Shown here in pieces: positions 12,701 to 25,141 of a DNA stretch of 64,000 nt. The stretch comes from Antedon mediterranea (lineage: Eukaryota > Animalia > Echinodermata). The first letter of the stretch is position 1, and each line of letters starts with the position of its first letter. A model generated the notes under the pieces. It was not told the origin of the DNA. It saw only the letters and a program-made list of their open reading frames with translations, and ran no database searches. The DNA lies in NCBI RefSeq assembly GCF_964355755.1, contig NC_092676.1, positions 3,821,888-3,885,887 on the forward strand. The letters run 5' to 3'. The translations under genes were made by a program, and so were the position numbers.

Positions 12701-15700
12701 ATCAGGCCTAATGAATACTGTATTAATACATCGTATTCTTTTGAACAGTGTCAAATTATGTTACGGTACATTAAATACAGCGTAATCACATGTGATGCTG
12801 TATCACGTATCCCATTTATTGTCATGATACTGGAGTAATGTAAATTATGTATTTGAAAGGTCTAGATTAAACTGTATATTCAATCCATTTGTGCACACAT
12901 TTGACTTTGTGATTAGTTTAAATTATGAAAGCTAAACCAGAGTGATTATGGGTGAATTAGGTATTTGTGTGAAATTGTGTTGGCCACTGATATTATTAAT
13001 CTTATAATGTCATTCATTTCTGTGTGTGACATTATTTATTTGAACTCAAGTTGAGTAAATGACAATGCATTTAAAATCATTGCATGTTTGTTCTAAATGT
13101 AAATGCCGAAATCTGCATTTTAGTTTTTACACAACAAATTTGCAGGAACGTTGAAAGATTTTTATTTTCGTAGAAATTTATTTATACTGAACTGTAGCAG
13201 TATTTAAAATTCAAATACCGTAGATGCTATTTACGTTTAATTAAGAAGATATATTAAGAAGGCACTTGGCAACCATAATGATGGTACTGTAATAATCTTT
13301 GCTATCTGAAAAAAAAAAAACGCCACTAAAATCATATTGCTGAATCAAATAGTACCGTACTGACGCGGGTATAAGCCCACCCCCCTCGAACATGAAATCA
13401 CGTCAAGTTTGGGGGGTGGGCTTATACCCGAGGATCCAAAAATGCAGATCGTCAAAAACAGCACATGTACACTGTGTATTCCCACCATGCGAGCGAGCGC
13501 CCTCTCGAGCTAAATACACGAGGTGTAGAGTGTCGGAAAATTAAGCTTATAGTTCGTGTAATTTATCGTAGAATATCTTATTTTAAACATCAATTTAACA
13601 AGAATTTATCAAGCAGAAAAGCAAGTATACAATGTTCGTTAAATAGAAATGTACCAAAGAAATTTAATAAGCTTGTTTATGGCAGCCGATACCAAATAGT
13701 GGTTTTCCGTTTTGGCGACTTGTAGCGTCGTGTGTGAAGCGATCTTCGACCGCGATGGAGTGTAAACAAAACAGGACCGCTAGGCCTCGTATGGCCTAGC
13801 GTATATTAGCCTAGCTTGGTTATGATCAAAGGTAGGAGTATTCGGTGTATGGACGTCGCCAAATACAAAATAATGTATTACGACACACACTGTAGATCTT
13901 CGAATTAATGGGTGGGCTTATACCCGAGTGCCTCATTTTTCATGAAAATTAGTCAAAAGTCGGGGGTGGGCTTATACCCGAGTATGGGCTTATACCCGCG
14001 TCAGTACGGTACTTGTCTGGGATTGCAGAATTAAAAAAAAAGAAATAATAGGTTTTACGTCCATAACTTGTTATGTTTTCTGTGAATATTCATTTTCCTT
14101 TCGATCACTGAGCTGAGTTTTTAGACATAGACATAATCGTAGGTCTTGAAAATTTGCCCGTAGAAAGTTAAATTAATACATTCTAGTTTATGGTACAATA
14201 TTTCAAATCTTAGTAATATCAAAACATTATATGTATTATGATTTGCTTTTTATGATTTGAATGTTATTATTTTAATGCTTACTTAAAAGCTCTGTCTACA
14301 CTATCAAACTAGTTTGATAAAAAAAAGTGCGATGTGCCCAAATATTCTTTCTTTATTTCCATTCACATAATCATAAACATATATAATCATAGTACAAAGA
14401 CAAAGAATGGCAAGGTAGTGATATGCCCAAATATGGTAGTGATATGAGAGCATGTCCATATATGGGCACATCACATTTTTTTTTCACATAAAGTCTGATA
14501 GTGTAGACAGAGCTTTAGCATTGGTTTTTGGCATGTCAGTTTCAGAGTACATTCAAAACTGATATATAACAATAAAATAAATCAGATAATTATTTGAGAA
14601 ACTTCAAAGGTGTTGCAGTTACAACATTGTATACACTGGAGACTTGTTGACGATAATTTTCACAATATCTATCAACGTTTACACCGGTTTTATTACTTTA
14701 CGCTCATTCTGTTTCCTAACACGTTGTTGGCTTGTAAATAAGTTCATACGGCATTGTTTGGTTTTTATAACGGCGTCGCAATGTGCTTCGCTGAGCAGGT
14801 TATTACCAGACATCTAAGACTGTGATAATATCGTATAACTATAACAATTTATCTTTCACATTTACAGTATTGCTTTAATAATTATTTAGCACTTCTAGAC
14901 ATATTTTTCATCATATTTTTTAAAAATTATAAGTTTCAAACGTCACTTACTGATACACTGTTTAGTAGTCATTTTTTATTAAGGATTTATATTTGTTTCA
15001 AATATTTTTTTGGGAGTTCAATACAATTATTATTATTATACAATAATATAAATTTATTATTTTTGCGATTCAGCCACAGTACAGTAGAACACTTTTTTTA
15101 CGTTCCCTGGATTTTACGCTTAAAATAACCGATGACGTAAAATGAAGGTTCTACTGCATATGATCAGTGATTATAAGGAAATTCACTTCTAATCACAATT
15201 AGTCTGTGTGCCTTCAAAACACAATATTCCACTAATATATAATGTGATTTATATCTAAAGCTCTGTCTACACTATTAAACTAGTTTGACAAAAAAAGTGT
15301 GTCCAAATATAATAGTGATATACCAGGGCTCGATTTAGTGCTAGCCCGGCGTACAATGGCTAGTAAAAACAGCTCCGGGCTACCTAAAGTATCTTCCTTT
15401 AAGCCCGGATGGCTAGTAGGTTGTGGGAACTCGAAATTGGGACGAAATGACCTCATAAAAATAACTCCAGCATAAAAGACATATGTCTTGGCAACATCAG
15501 CAAAAAAACCACTCGCTGTGGCCATAACAAGTGATGATGTAGGCGGAGCCTCTCATAATCAAGCAAATTTTCCGAATTATGATTGGCCATTTATGTTTTT
15601 GTCACCCAGGTTATTGTGAAGTAGGCGGAGCTTCATTATCAGGTCAAACGTGTCACAAAAATATGACCATAAATAACGAACTGTGATTGGTCAAATGTAT

Positions 15701-16929
15701 TAGAATTTTGTCAATGTTAAAAATAACTTGTCTAGTCTTGTCAGGCCTGGTTGTCACAGATCAAAGCTAGGGATATTTTGTAGGGCCGGGTGGCTGGCTC
15801 TATCCCTGTAGGTAGGCCATGGAGGCCATATTTTATAATATGCGTAGGCCTAGATAGAATCAAAAGCCATCGTTTGGCATCGTGATGGCTGCTCAGCAGC
15901 TAGGCCTAGCTAGATACGGCGCGCCCTAGATACTACCATTTTGGTAACAGTTGAGTAGAGTAGGCCAGGTGCTCCAATGCGATCTAGCTAGGCTAGGTAG
16001 GCCTACGTCTATCCTAGCTACCCTACTATAAATAATAGGCTCTCTAGGCCTAGCCTAAGGTAGACAGAATCTAATTAGTTTTCTTGGCTAGGTTGAAGCC
16101 CAACAACAAAAAGACCTCAATAAATCGATTCTGTGAATATGGTGAGCATGAAATAGACTATGCGTCGCGACGCAAAGTCAATTTTTATAATGTGAACAAT
16201 AAAGAAATACAATTTTGTGTAATTTTTCATGCAATAATAGTTTAATACAGTATTTATGTAAAGGTTTAGCAATTCTCGAGCGTTTAGATTAGTGCGCATT
16301 GTTAATTGTGGTAATGAGCATTGTTGAAGGGACAGCAGAAGATGTTGATGTTGTCAATGCACCACCCCAACTCTGTTCGGGATTTGAACGCCCTGACAAA
16401 GAGACCGCTATTGTACAAAATGCCTGAATTCATTTATATGGCGGCCCTGCTATCACGGTGCGATAATAAGAGTGGGCTAGTAAAATAATGTATGGGCTAG
16501 TGAAATCTACAGTGAACTAGCCCAGTGGGCTAGCAACATGAAAAAGATAAATCGAGCCCTGTATACCCAAATATGGTAGTGATATATTAATTACCAAGGA
16601 TTGTTAGGCGCTCGGTTCTTTGTAGGGCGCCATATAAAAACTTGTATAGAATAGAATGTGACATCATCATGTCCATATATGGGCACATCACATTTTTCTG
16701 TCACATAAAGATTGATAGTGTAAACAGAGCTTTTACAGCATATCATTTTGTAAACTTTTTCATGGAAAGTTATTGTACAAATGATTAGTAAATGATTTTT
16801 TTTTGTGAACATGTATAGTTATTGTACAAACGATTGTTTTTTCAGACGTCTCAGCAGAAGAGACCAGGTCAAAGCAAGGCAATGAAACAACCAAGAGCTG
16901 CGGCACCACGAGTAGGAGGAAAGCGTTAA
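9761..16929 (+). CDS. RPL24: 60S ribosomal protein L24 (eL24), 5 exons, 156 aa
   Basis: Exons 9761-9765, 9900-9975, 10656-10903, 11883-11940, 16846-16929; GT-AG with consistent phases. Translation [31 protein letters not shown]...[19 protein letters not shown]...APRVGGKR*. Confidence 0.97.
10932..11269. mobile_element. MITE family D (338 bp)
   Basis: Perfect ~48-bp TIR tgcacttgtcaattgtatgacccactatacgacccccgggagaggtgc with TAA duplication. Confidence 0.9.
12307..12444. mobile_element. MITE family C (Harbinger-like)
   Basis: TIR agctctgtctacactatcaaact...atagtgtagacagagct with TTA/TAA flanks. Other copies at about 5851-5996, 14288-14514, 15259-16731, 46440-46577, 47444-47856, 54300-54410. Confidence 0.85.
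13355..14009. mobile_element. Non-autonomous Tc1/mariner (pogo-like) element, 655 bp
   Basis: 25-bp TIR ccgtactgacgcgggtataagccca, TA duplication, repeated subterminal gggcttatacccg. Confidence 0.88.
14288..14514. mobile_element. MITE family C copy with a ~70 bp retroelement-tail-like insert
   Basis: Intact TIRs. Insert at about 14346-14413 ends, on the minus strand, in AATAAAGAAAGAA. Confidence 0.8.
15259..16731. mobile_element. MITE family C copy split by two nested insertions
   Basis: Left arm 15259-15323, right arm 16562-16731; inserts at 15324-16561 and about 16588-16657. Confidence 0.8.
15324..16561. mobile_element. Non-autonomous hAT-like DNA transposon, 1238 bp, 5-bp TSD
   Basis: 14-bp TIR cagggctcgattta. 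TATAC duplicated at 15319-15323 and 16562-16566. Subterminal (g)ggctag repeats at both ends; no transposase ORF. Confidence 0.85.
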
Positions 16930-16978
16930 AACAACGCCTTCTTTTGTAAATTTATTCAGCTATGTGATAAAAAAAAAT

Positions 16979-16984
16979 AATAAA
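16979..16984 (+). terminator. Polyadenylation signal of RPL24
   Basis: AATAAA 50 nt after the stop codon, followed by a GT-rich tract (ttttgttggttgtt). Confidence 0.65.
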
Positions 16985-19900
16985 CCACTTCATGTCGTGA
17001 AGTAAACTATGATTTTGTTGGTTGTTCAAATGTTGTTGCTGCGAAGCTTGAGGTCAACCTTTCATCATGATATGAAAGGTCATTGTTTGTCAGAATCCAC
17101 CGGCTTATGAAAGGATTTTAAAATTTCACAAAAATGACTTTGTATGAATCCTTTTAATGTTAATAAACAGCACACAAAAAATTAGATTCAAATACCTAGT
17201 AGAACTTGAGAAATAAACAAATTAAATTTTGGTATAAAACGTCCGCAAAATGGCCGACTAACTGGCACGCCATCTTAATTTTTATGAACGTTCTATACGC
17301 ACGTACGAGATCGTCAAATTTAGAGTTTGAAACACCCGGGGTTGTAGCCACGGCAGCAGTCGTTTTGTGATTGGTTAATGAATTTTAATACAGTCCAATC
17401 ACCGCCTTGTCTCGTTCGCGGACTGTGTGGTGTAAACAAAATAAACAAACCCATCCTACATGAGACTCACGTGTTGCAAGCTCCCTGTTGCTGCAGTCGT
17501 AGAAAATATCGATATTTCACAAATCAATAAAAAGTTGTGTCTGCAAAGATTGTACGTGAAAAGAAGAAAGTGTGTATTTGTACATCTCTCACACTAAACC
17601 ACTCACGCAGACTACAAATTAGGCTAGGTCTAGTAGACTATAGTTTCTTCTAAATTCGCTAGTACTATACTAGGCCAGGCCAGGCCTACACATGGAGTTA
17701 CTCCATGGCCTACAGTACAAGAGAGTAGTAGTCGCCGGTCCACCGACGAACCTCCAGGAAGTGGACAAGGCGCGGGCGTAAACGTATGTAAAAGGCGACG
17801 TAAATAAAAAAGGTAAGCTTGTGTTGAACTTGTTTTTGGCTCTGACTTTTGTTATTGACTAATAATATAGTAATACAGTATATTATAATACAGTAATACT
17901 AATAATTAAAGTAGAGCAGAGGTGAGGCATAGAGGATTATTATAGTTTAGTTAGTAACTGTAATTAAATAATAACCTCTTTCTGTTTGTTACCAAGTCAT
18001 AAAATATATTACTATAGGGCCTAGGTAGGATTGAATAAAAATAATAGTACATTTCCATCCATTTATTGGTCTTATCTTTGCAGATTTATGGAATCAACAG
18101 TACATGAGATGGCTTTGAAGAACTGTAATAGTACTAGTAATAAAATTGTAAACATCAACAAATTATATGGCAGAAATACTAATAGTGTGTGGAATGAATT
18201 TTATTGAACAAATGTATCATAATGAGTTTGGAACAAGCAGGATTTTTCAAACGGGACATAAATTACTTTTGAGACCTGAGTGATACATTTTAATTCTATC
18301 TACACCAGCCAGCTCCATCATATTCAAGAGATGGATTCTTTCATAAATGTCCATTGTACATAGTATTTGGCTAAATAAATAAAAAAAAGTACAGTAGTGG
18401 TTTATTTGTTTATATACCCAGAGTTACAGTATGACTGAAACCCTAGCACTCGCGTCTAAAGAATTCTATTATGCATATTTTACTAGTATTCTTCATAAAT
18501 ATTTAGTTCTGTAATTTTAATTGTCTGCGCTCATTCTATACTTGGTGTCTTAGTATACTGCATAAATGTATCGTGCAAGCATGATCCAAGTAGCATCTAT
18601 TATAAAGTACGCTGGGCATCTTTCTATTCACCTGAAAAAAGGAAAATGAATAAGCACATGTTTATCTGCCCTCAAAACAAAATAATAATTTAGTATAATG
18701 TATTATGTAGGTTTGATCAGTTTAAAATAGCAATGCTCAGTATCTGTGACCTTAATATTATAATTTGACTCTAACATTTGCGCTTCCATTCCAATCAATA
18801 AATACATTTGCTTATCCCGTCCATCAATTATCATAGTTGCACTCCAATTATAGACCTGTAGGTAGGTAAAAATACAAATGAATTGTTTATTTACTGTATA
18901 TGATACAAGCTCAAATACCCCTAACTAGGCCTGGCCTGTTATAACCTTTATTACTACATTAGAGAAAATCCACCTCTATTCATTTTATTGGGAATCCTAA
19001 TATTTAGTATTCAGTGTTCTGTTGCCTAGCCTAGCTAGGGCGGCATGTAATAACAAAAAAATATTTTAATAATGCGTTAGTCAGGACACTACAGCACACA
19101 ACAATATTAATAAACGTACTTATAAATAATGTGTATATACATAATAATATAATAATTAACACCCTCAACGATACATCAAGGAGCATACGCTCTCAGCTCA
19201 CCCCTGGCCGGGCGACTAAACACCGTATCCAGCAGTCATCACTACTAAAATAAAAGACCTAGGCCTCTAGGCCTAGCTAGCTCCAGGCCATGTCATTGTC
19301 AAACACCATTTACTCGTCCAACCGTTTCTTCAAAACGATGTTAACACCCGTGTTAACAAGACGATGTGGACGAATTTCCATCAATTTCAGTTAATTACAA
19401 CGAAATAATAATAAAATGAATGTTTCAATAATACGTGTATAATAAATATAAAATAGCGAAATAAACATCGCTCGCGAGAGGAGGGTCGAGAGAGAGGCCA
19501 AGGAGATCGACTCTGTGATTCTCACGCATGCGCAAAATAACTCCGTGTACCCAGCCAGCAAGATAGGCATTTGGCTATGAATTTCGTAAAAGGTGGCCTT
19601 GAAAAACGAAATTAAAATCCGTTTTAAAAAAAAAATGGGTGATAATATGAATTAATTTTATTCGATTAGGCTAACATACTTATCCAAGAATAAAAATATC
19701 AAAGCGATAAGTAATTACTACCATGCTTTTGCATCAATCAATGATTTACTGCTAAATTCCTATCTCTGTAATACAAAAATAACTTTTAGTGACGTCACAA
19801 AAAGTTTTTCACAGGTTTCTCAGGGGCGTTTTGAGGGCGTTGTCGTCCTCCAAAACATTAAGTATGACTATTGCAAGCTTAAAACTGATTGATCTACACG

Positions 19901-20632
19901 TTGAGCCAATAAAATGATATTGCTAGGAACCCTTTCATATCCATTTTAAGCTTTTTTTGACCAAATGTGAAGTTTAGACAAAAAACTCGAACTTCTCAAA
20001 AAGTGTGTATTTTTTAGTCGCGTGCAAGCGCGACTCTACAGCTCACCATGTTCGGTCACTTGGTCGGTCGGTAAACACTAACTCGAATTTGCGCACACGA
20101 CTGCAGCCATGTATATGGCCTTGTTATTTTTTAAAAAATCACGCAATTTTGGACCATTATCACAACTGGTCTATGCTAGTATCATCTACTATGATGGTGT
20201 TAATGGTGTATCAGGTTTTATTGAAAAAACAAAAGCGATTTTTGGACCACTTGTTAGAATTGAGTGGTTTAATGAATAAAACAAGTTTTCATTTTTAGGT
20301 CCTTCGGTTGTAACCTGTAGTTGTCTTTGGACAATTGTCCAATGTCTACCTCGAAAACAAATTTCTTTCTCCTTTCTTTGTGACGCTGTTCCCAATGCAA
20401 AGATGTAAGCACAACGCTCGAAGGATCCATTGCATTGGTTCCAAGTGGCAAGTTGCACAACGAGATGAAGATAACACAGTTTGAATGTGTATCCTTTAAC
20501 AGTTGTAAATACTGTGATTATCAAACGTTGATGTATTGAAAAAACAAAAGCTATTTTGGACTACAAGTTGTTTGATCTTATGTCTGGCTGCGACAAGTAC
20601 AAACAGTACTGTACTATGTACATATTCTCTTA

Positions 20633-20791
20633 AGCCGATTTTCCACTAGGCGAATTTGTTCGCGCGAATCGAAAGCGCCAGCTTGTACGCATGTGTATTC
20701 ATGTTTACATCTTCCACATCCTTCTCTACACATGCGTATTAGCTGACGCCTTCGATTCGCGCGAACAAATTCGCCTAGTGGAAAATCGGCT
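20633..20791. mobile_element. Foldback MITE (Harbinger-like), 159 bp
   Basis: Long TIR agccgattttccactaggcgaatttgttcgcgcgaatcgaa with TTA duplication; partial copy at about 54096-54160. Confidence 0.85.
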
Positions 20792-21340
20792 TTAGGCGCA
20801 GGGTCTGTAAGGGGCATATGATCATGTCGCAGCTGCAGATAAACCTTTGAACTCTGGAACTCCACAGATTTCCTTGCTTATAGTAATCATTATACTTATT
20901 ACTGAATTAGACAGGCATCTCGGTCCCCATTAGGTGGGTGGTTCCTTTGTGTTCGTTGTTTTTTTGTGATTGATTGTAAAAGGCTGTATAGATGGGCCTG
21001 TTACTAATATTATTATGGGTTGTAGAATGAATAATAGTATGCACGTACAGTATAGTTATTAGTACAGTGTGGTCACTAGATATTTTTTGTAATTAAATAG
21101 ATGAATATTTGCCCTTGGGTTATGATCACTGCTTCGAGTACTCTATAAATAATTTATAGACGGTATGCTAATATTGAGAATATACCAAATAATGATTGAT
21201 AAATATTACCAGACATAATTAAACGTCGCCGCAAGGCCTCATTTCTGGTTTCTTTAATTCTAATTAGTGAAAAACCTCGAACAAACAAAATCATAAAAAC
21301 AAGATACAGTATGAAATTACATGGTGATAAGCCGTCTTCA

Positions 21341-21915
21341 CGAGCGAGGCGTGGCCAGTGCAGTATTATGTTCTAGGCTATGAACCCACGCTCCTGGTAT
21401 GGTGTGTACGGCGGTAAAAACGTTTTTGACTCTGATACGAGCCAGACGTGGCCAGTGTCATTTGCTAGGCTATGAACCCACGCTCCTGGTATGGTGTGTA
21501 CGGCGGTAAAAACGTTTTTGACTCTGATACGAGCCAGACGTGGCCAGTGTCATTTGCTAGGCTATGAACCCACGCTCCTGGTATGGTGTGTACGGCGGTA
21601 AAAACGTTTTTGACTCTGATACGAGCCAGACGTGGCCAGTATCATTTGCTAGGCTATGAACCCACGCTCCTGGTATGGTGTGTACGGCGGTAAAAACGTT
21701 TTTGACTCTGATACGAGCCAGACGTGGCCAGTGTCATTTGCTAGGCTATGGACCCACGCTCCTGGTATGGTGTGTACGGCGGTAAAAACGTTTTTGACTC
21801 TGATACGAGCCAGACGTGGCCAGTGTCATTTGCTAGGCTATGGACCCACGCTCCTGGTATGGTGTGTACGGCGGTAAAAACGTTTTTGACTCATACGAGT
21901 CAGACGTGGCCAGTA
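21341..21915. repeat. 92-bp minisatellite, about 6 copies
   Basis: Unit ctaggctatg starts at 21373, 21465, 21557, 21649, 21741 and 21833; units near-identical. Confidence 0.95.
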
Positions 21916-22685
21916 TAATTGTTCAACGTGTGCGCCGCTCGGTTCATCAGCCAGGCCATTGGCCATTCAGTCAGACAAAGGCAATCCTTGGTCAAACCAT
22001 TCGGGCATACTACTCGTCCCACTAGGACGCAACACATCGACGTTTCATGCACGCAACAACGCAAGGCAAAAGAACACCGGAAAGCATAGTACAGCGCGTA
22101 CTCAAAAGTACGCAGGGTGACCAAGTCTACACGGACGACGGCATGCTGACGTTGATGCGCAACAAGCAGGTTTAATTCCACGCAGCCAAGGGCAAATACA
22201 ATTATTGGAAGGGCATTTTGTTACGTTGCGTCGCTAGTTGGAACCACGCTTTAATGTTGTTCAATATACCCTAGAAAACCAGACACGGCTAACCACATAT
22301 TAGGCTTACACTTCACGGCCTACGAAAAGTTAAGTACTTAAATTAACTTCATTGATACGCCGCACGACTAAACGAATGTAGGTCTATACATTGGTTTAAT
22401 TACAAGCAATAAAAATATCATTACTTCATTTGCATATATCTGATGCTATCAATCATTATGTAATTTACATTAGTAGGTTAATGATAATTATCAATTAATT
22501 TGTTGTGCTGATTTTTTACTCGATTAATAAAACAATCAATTAGGCTTGGCACTGAGTAAATCAATCAAGAACACAAGGATACTTTATACACGCGCAGACA
22601 TAATGCGAACAACATTCCGACGAATTGGAATTTTCGATTGACGCCCGCCTGACCTACAAACATTCTGACTTCACGAACATTGTTA

Positions 22686-25141
22686 AGCTTGATTCCCACT
22701 AGAACGCAACGCATTGACGCAAAGTGCTGTATTTTGTAAAGCGTGGTTCCCACTAGCGACGCAACGCAAGGACGTAACGCAACGCAAGTGAATTGACCAA
22801 TCACAAGCGATGGCTTATTCGCTTTTGATTGCTAACTGCCTATAACTTCGCTGGTCATTGGTTAAAACGCTTGCGTTGCGTTTACGTCCTTGCGTTACGT
22901 TCTAGTGGGAACCAAGCTTTAGAAACACAACAAGTGGGAACTACTAACGATGCAACAGTGCTGCAACTATCGCAGGTTTGATTTCACGCAGGCGGAGGCA
23001 ATCGCAATTATTAGAAGAGAATTTTCTTACGTTGCGTCGTTTGCGTTACGTTGCGTCGCTAGTGGGAACCACGCTGTAGAGATGTTCACAGCACTGTTAC
23101 GTCGTGGGTTCCCACTACTTGCATTTGTGTGATTACGCAATACAGCACTTTGCGTCGACACTGCATTGCGTTCAAGTGGGAACCACGTTTAACATTCCGT
23201 TTACGTTTAAATCATTCATAAAAAACACATTAATATTTTCTTTACTCGTAATTAATAATACAGTAATTAATTTTCCGACTGACTGCCGTGTAGGCGTGAA
23301 TATTCTGTTAAATGTTTAGACGTATTGACTGAGCGTTTAAGTATTAAATACCAGTCATTAAAGATACATGCTATATACATTTTGATTAGTAAGCAAGTTA
23401 ATTGCTTTTCGAAGTAGTTATTTAGGTTGAAGATGTAAGAGTTGAAATACATGACGCCAAACTTAAAAACAATTTATAAAATAGATAATACTAAAGAATT
23501 ATCTTTGATATTAAAAATGCGTCTAGGTTCCAAATTTCAATATTCCTAGGCTGTATATACTGCATATCAACAAATAGAGTTTTTCGAATTAAAGAGAGCC
23601 CCTATTCAAGCTTGGTTCCCACTAGCGACGCAACGTAACGCAATCTACACAGCGAAAGAAAATGCCCTTCCGATAATTGTGTTTGTCCCTGCCTGCGTGA
23701 AATCAAACCTGCGATGTTCGCAGCACTTTTGCGTCGTCGGTTCCATTTGTGAATGCTCAATACAGCACTTTCCTTGGATGGATACGTTGCTGCGTTGCGT
23801 CTCTAGTGGGAACCACACTTAAAGCAACGACGCAACGCTACGACGTATTGCGTAATCACAAATGGGAACCGACGAGACAACAGTGCTGCGAACATCGTTG
23901 CGTCGCTAGTGGGAACCAAGCTTAAGCGTGGTTCCCACTAGCGACGCAATGCAAGGACGTAACGCAACGCAAGTGAATTGACCAATCACAAGCGATGGCT
24001 TATTCGCTTGTGATTGCTAACTGTCTATAACTTCGCTTGTCATTGGTTAAAACGCTTGCGTTGCGTTTACGTCCTTGCGTTACGTTCTAGTGGGAACCAA
24101 GCTTTAAGGGGACACCTTTTGGGTCCAACAAGTGTCCCTTGGGATGTTATGTTCCCTGGATAGGGTTTAGTCCCAGTTTTAAATACCTTTGCTCGTTTCA
24201 CAACAAAGTGTCACCTTACTCCAACCTGAGGTTTTTTTTAAAACCACAAGATCTAGATTTTCTTTGAATATTTTGCCGCGCTAATCGCAAATTTAATGTT
24301 GTTTTCGTCGGTACTTTCGTTAGGAAAAAACTTTTAAACCAATGGGCCAAACGTCCATTGAGACTACAACGGTGTGCTGTATTCGATATTGCTTTTTCGA
24401 CGCCCGATTTTTCTTTTTGAGTACAGAGGTTTAACATGCGTTTTCGCTGATTTTTATACACGCCACGCGCTTTTTCATTTTGCATGCGAGGACAGTTTTG
24501 GTATCTCTTGGTAGCTATTTATTTACGTGCTTGCATTTTGAGTACAGTAAACCAGCGATTTTGGCACGACGTTACCGTTTTTCACACAATACCTTGTACG
24601 GTATTGTATTGGTTTTTTTTCACACAATACCTTGTTTGTTTTTTTCCATACAATACCTTGTGTATTGCTTTTTTTTCCACATACCTTATATTGTGATTGG
24701 GTGCCGCAATTATTGCTTCAGCTTGGTTCCCACTAGAACGTAAAGCGTGGTTCCCACTAGCGACGCAACGCAAGGACGTAACGCAGCGCAAGTGAATTGA
24801 CCAATCACACGCGATGGCTTATTCGCTTGTGATTGCTATAAACTGTCAATAACTTCGCTTCTCATTGGTTAAAACGCTTGCGTTGCGTTTACGTCCTTGC
24901 GTTACGTTCTAGTGGGAACCAAGTTTTACGCAAGGACGTAAACGCAACGCAAGCGTTTTAACCAATTAAGCTTGGTTCCCACTAGAACGTAACGCAAGGA
25001 CGTAAACGCAACGCAAGCGTTTTAACCAATGACAAGCGAAGTTAGACAGCAATCACAAACGAATAAGCCATCGCTTGTGATTGGTCAATTCACTTGTGTT
25101 GCGTTATGTCCTTGCGTTGCGTCGCTAGTGGGAACCACGCT
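22686..25141. mobile_element. Cluster of abutting and nested MITE-A/B copies
   Basis: B at 22686-23095 contains A at 22740-22918; B at 23609-23819; A at 23925-24103; A inside a truncated A at 24720-24965; A at 24969-25141. Confidence 0.88.

Noticed and set aside
21341-21915. CRISPR-like array or hammerhead retrozyme
   Set aside because: Units are wholly repeated with no unique spacers, there are no cas genes and the context is eukaryotic. No complete CUGANGA...GAAA core with closing stems was found; the nearby ctgatga at about 21944-21950 (minus) lacks GAAA.
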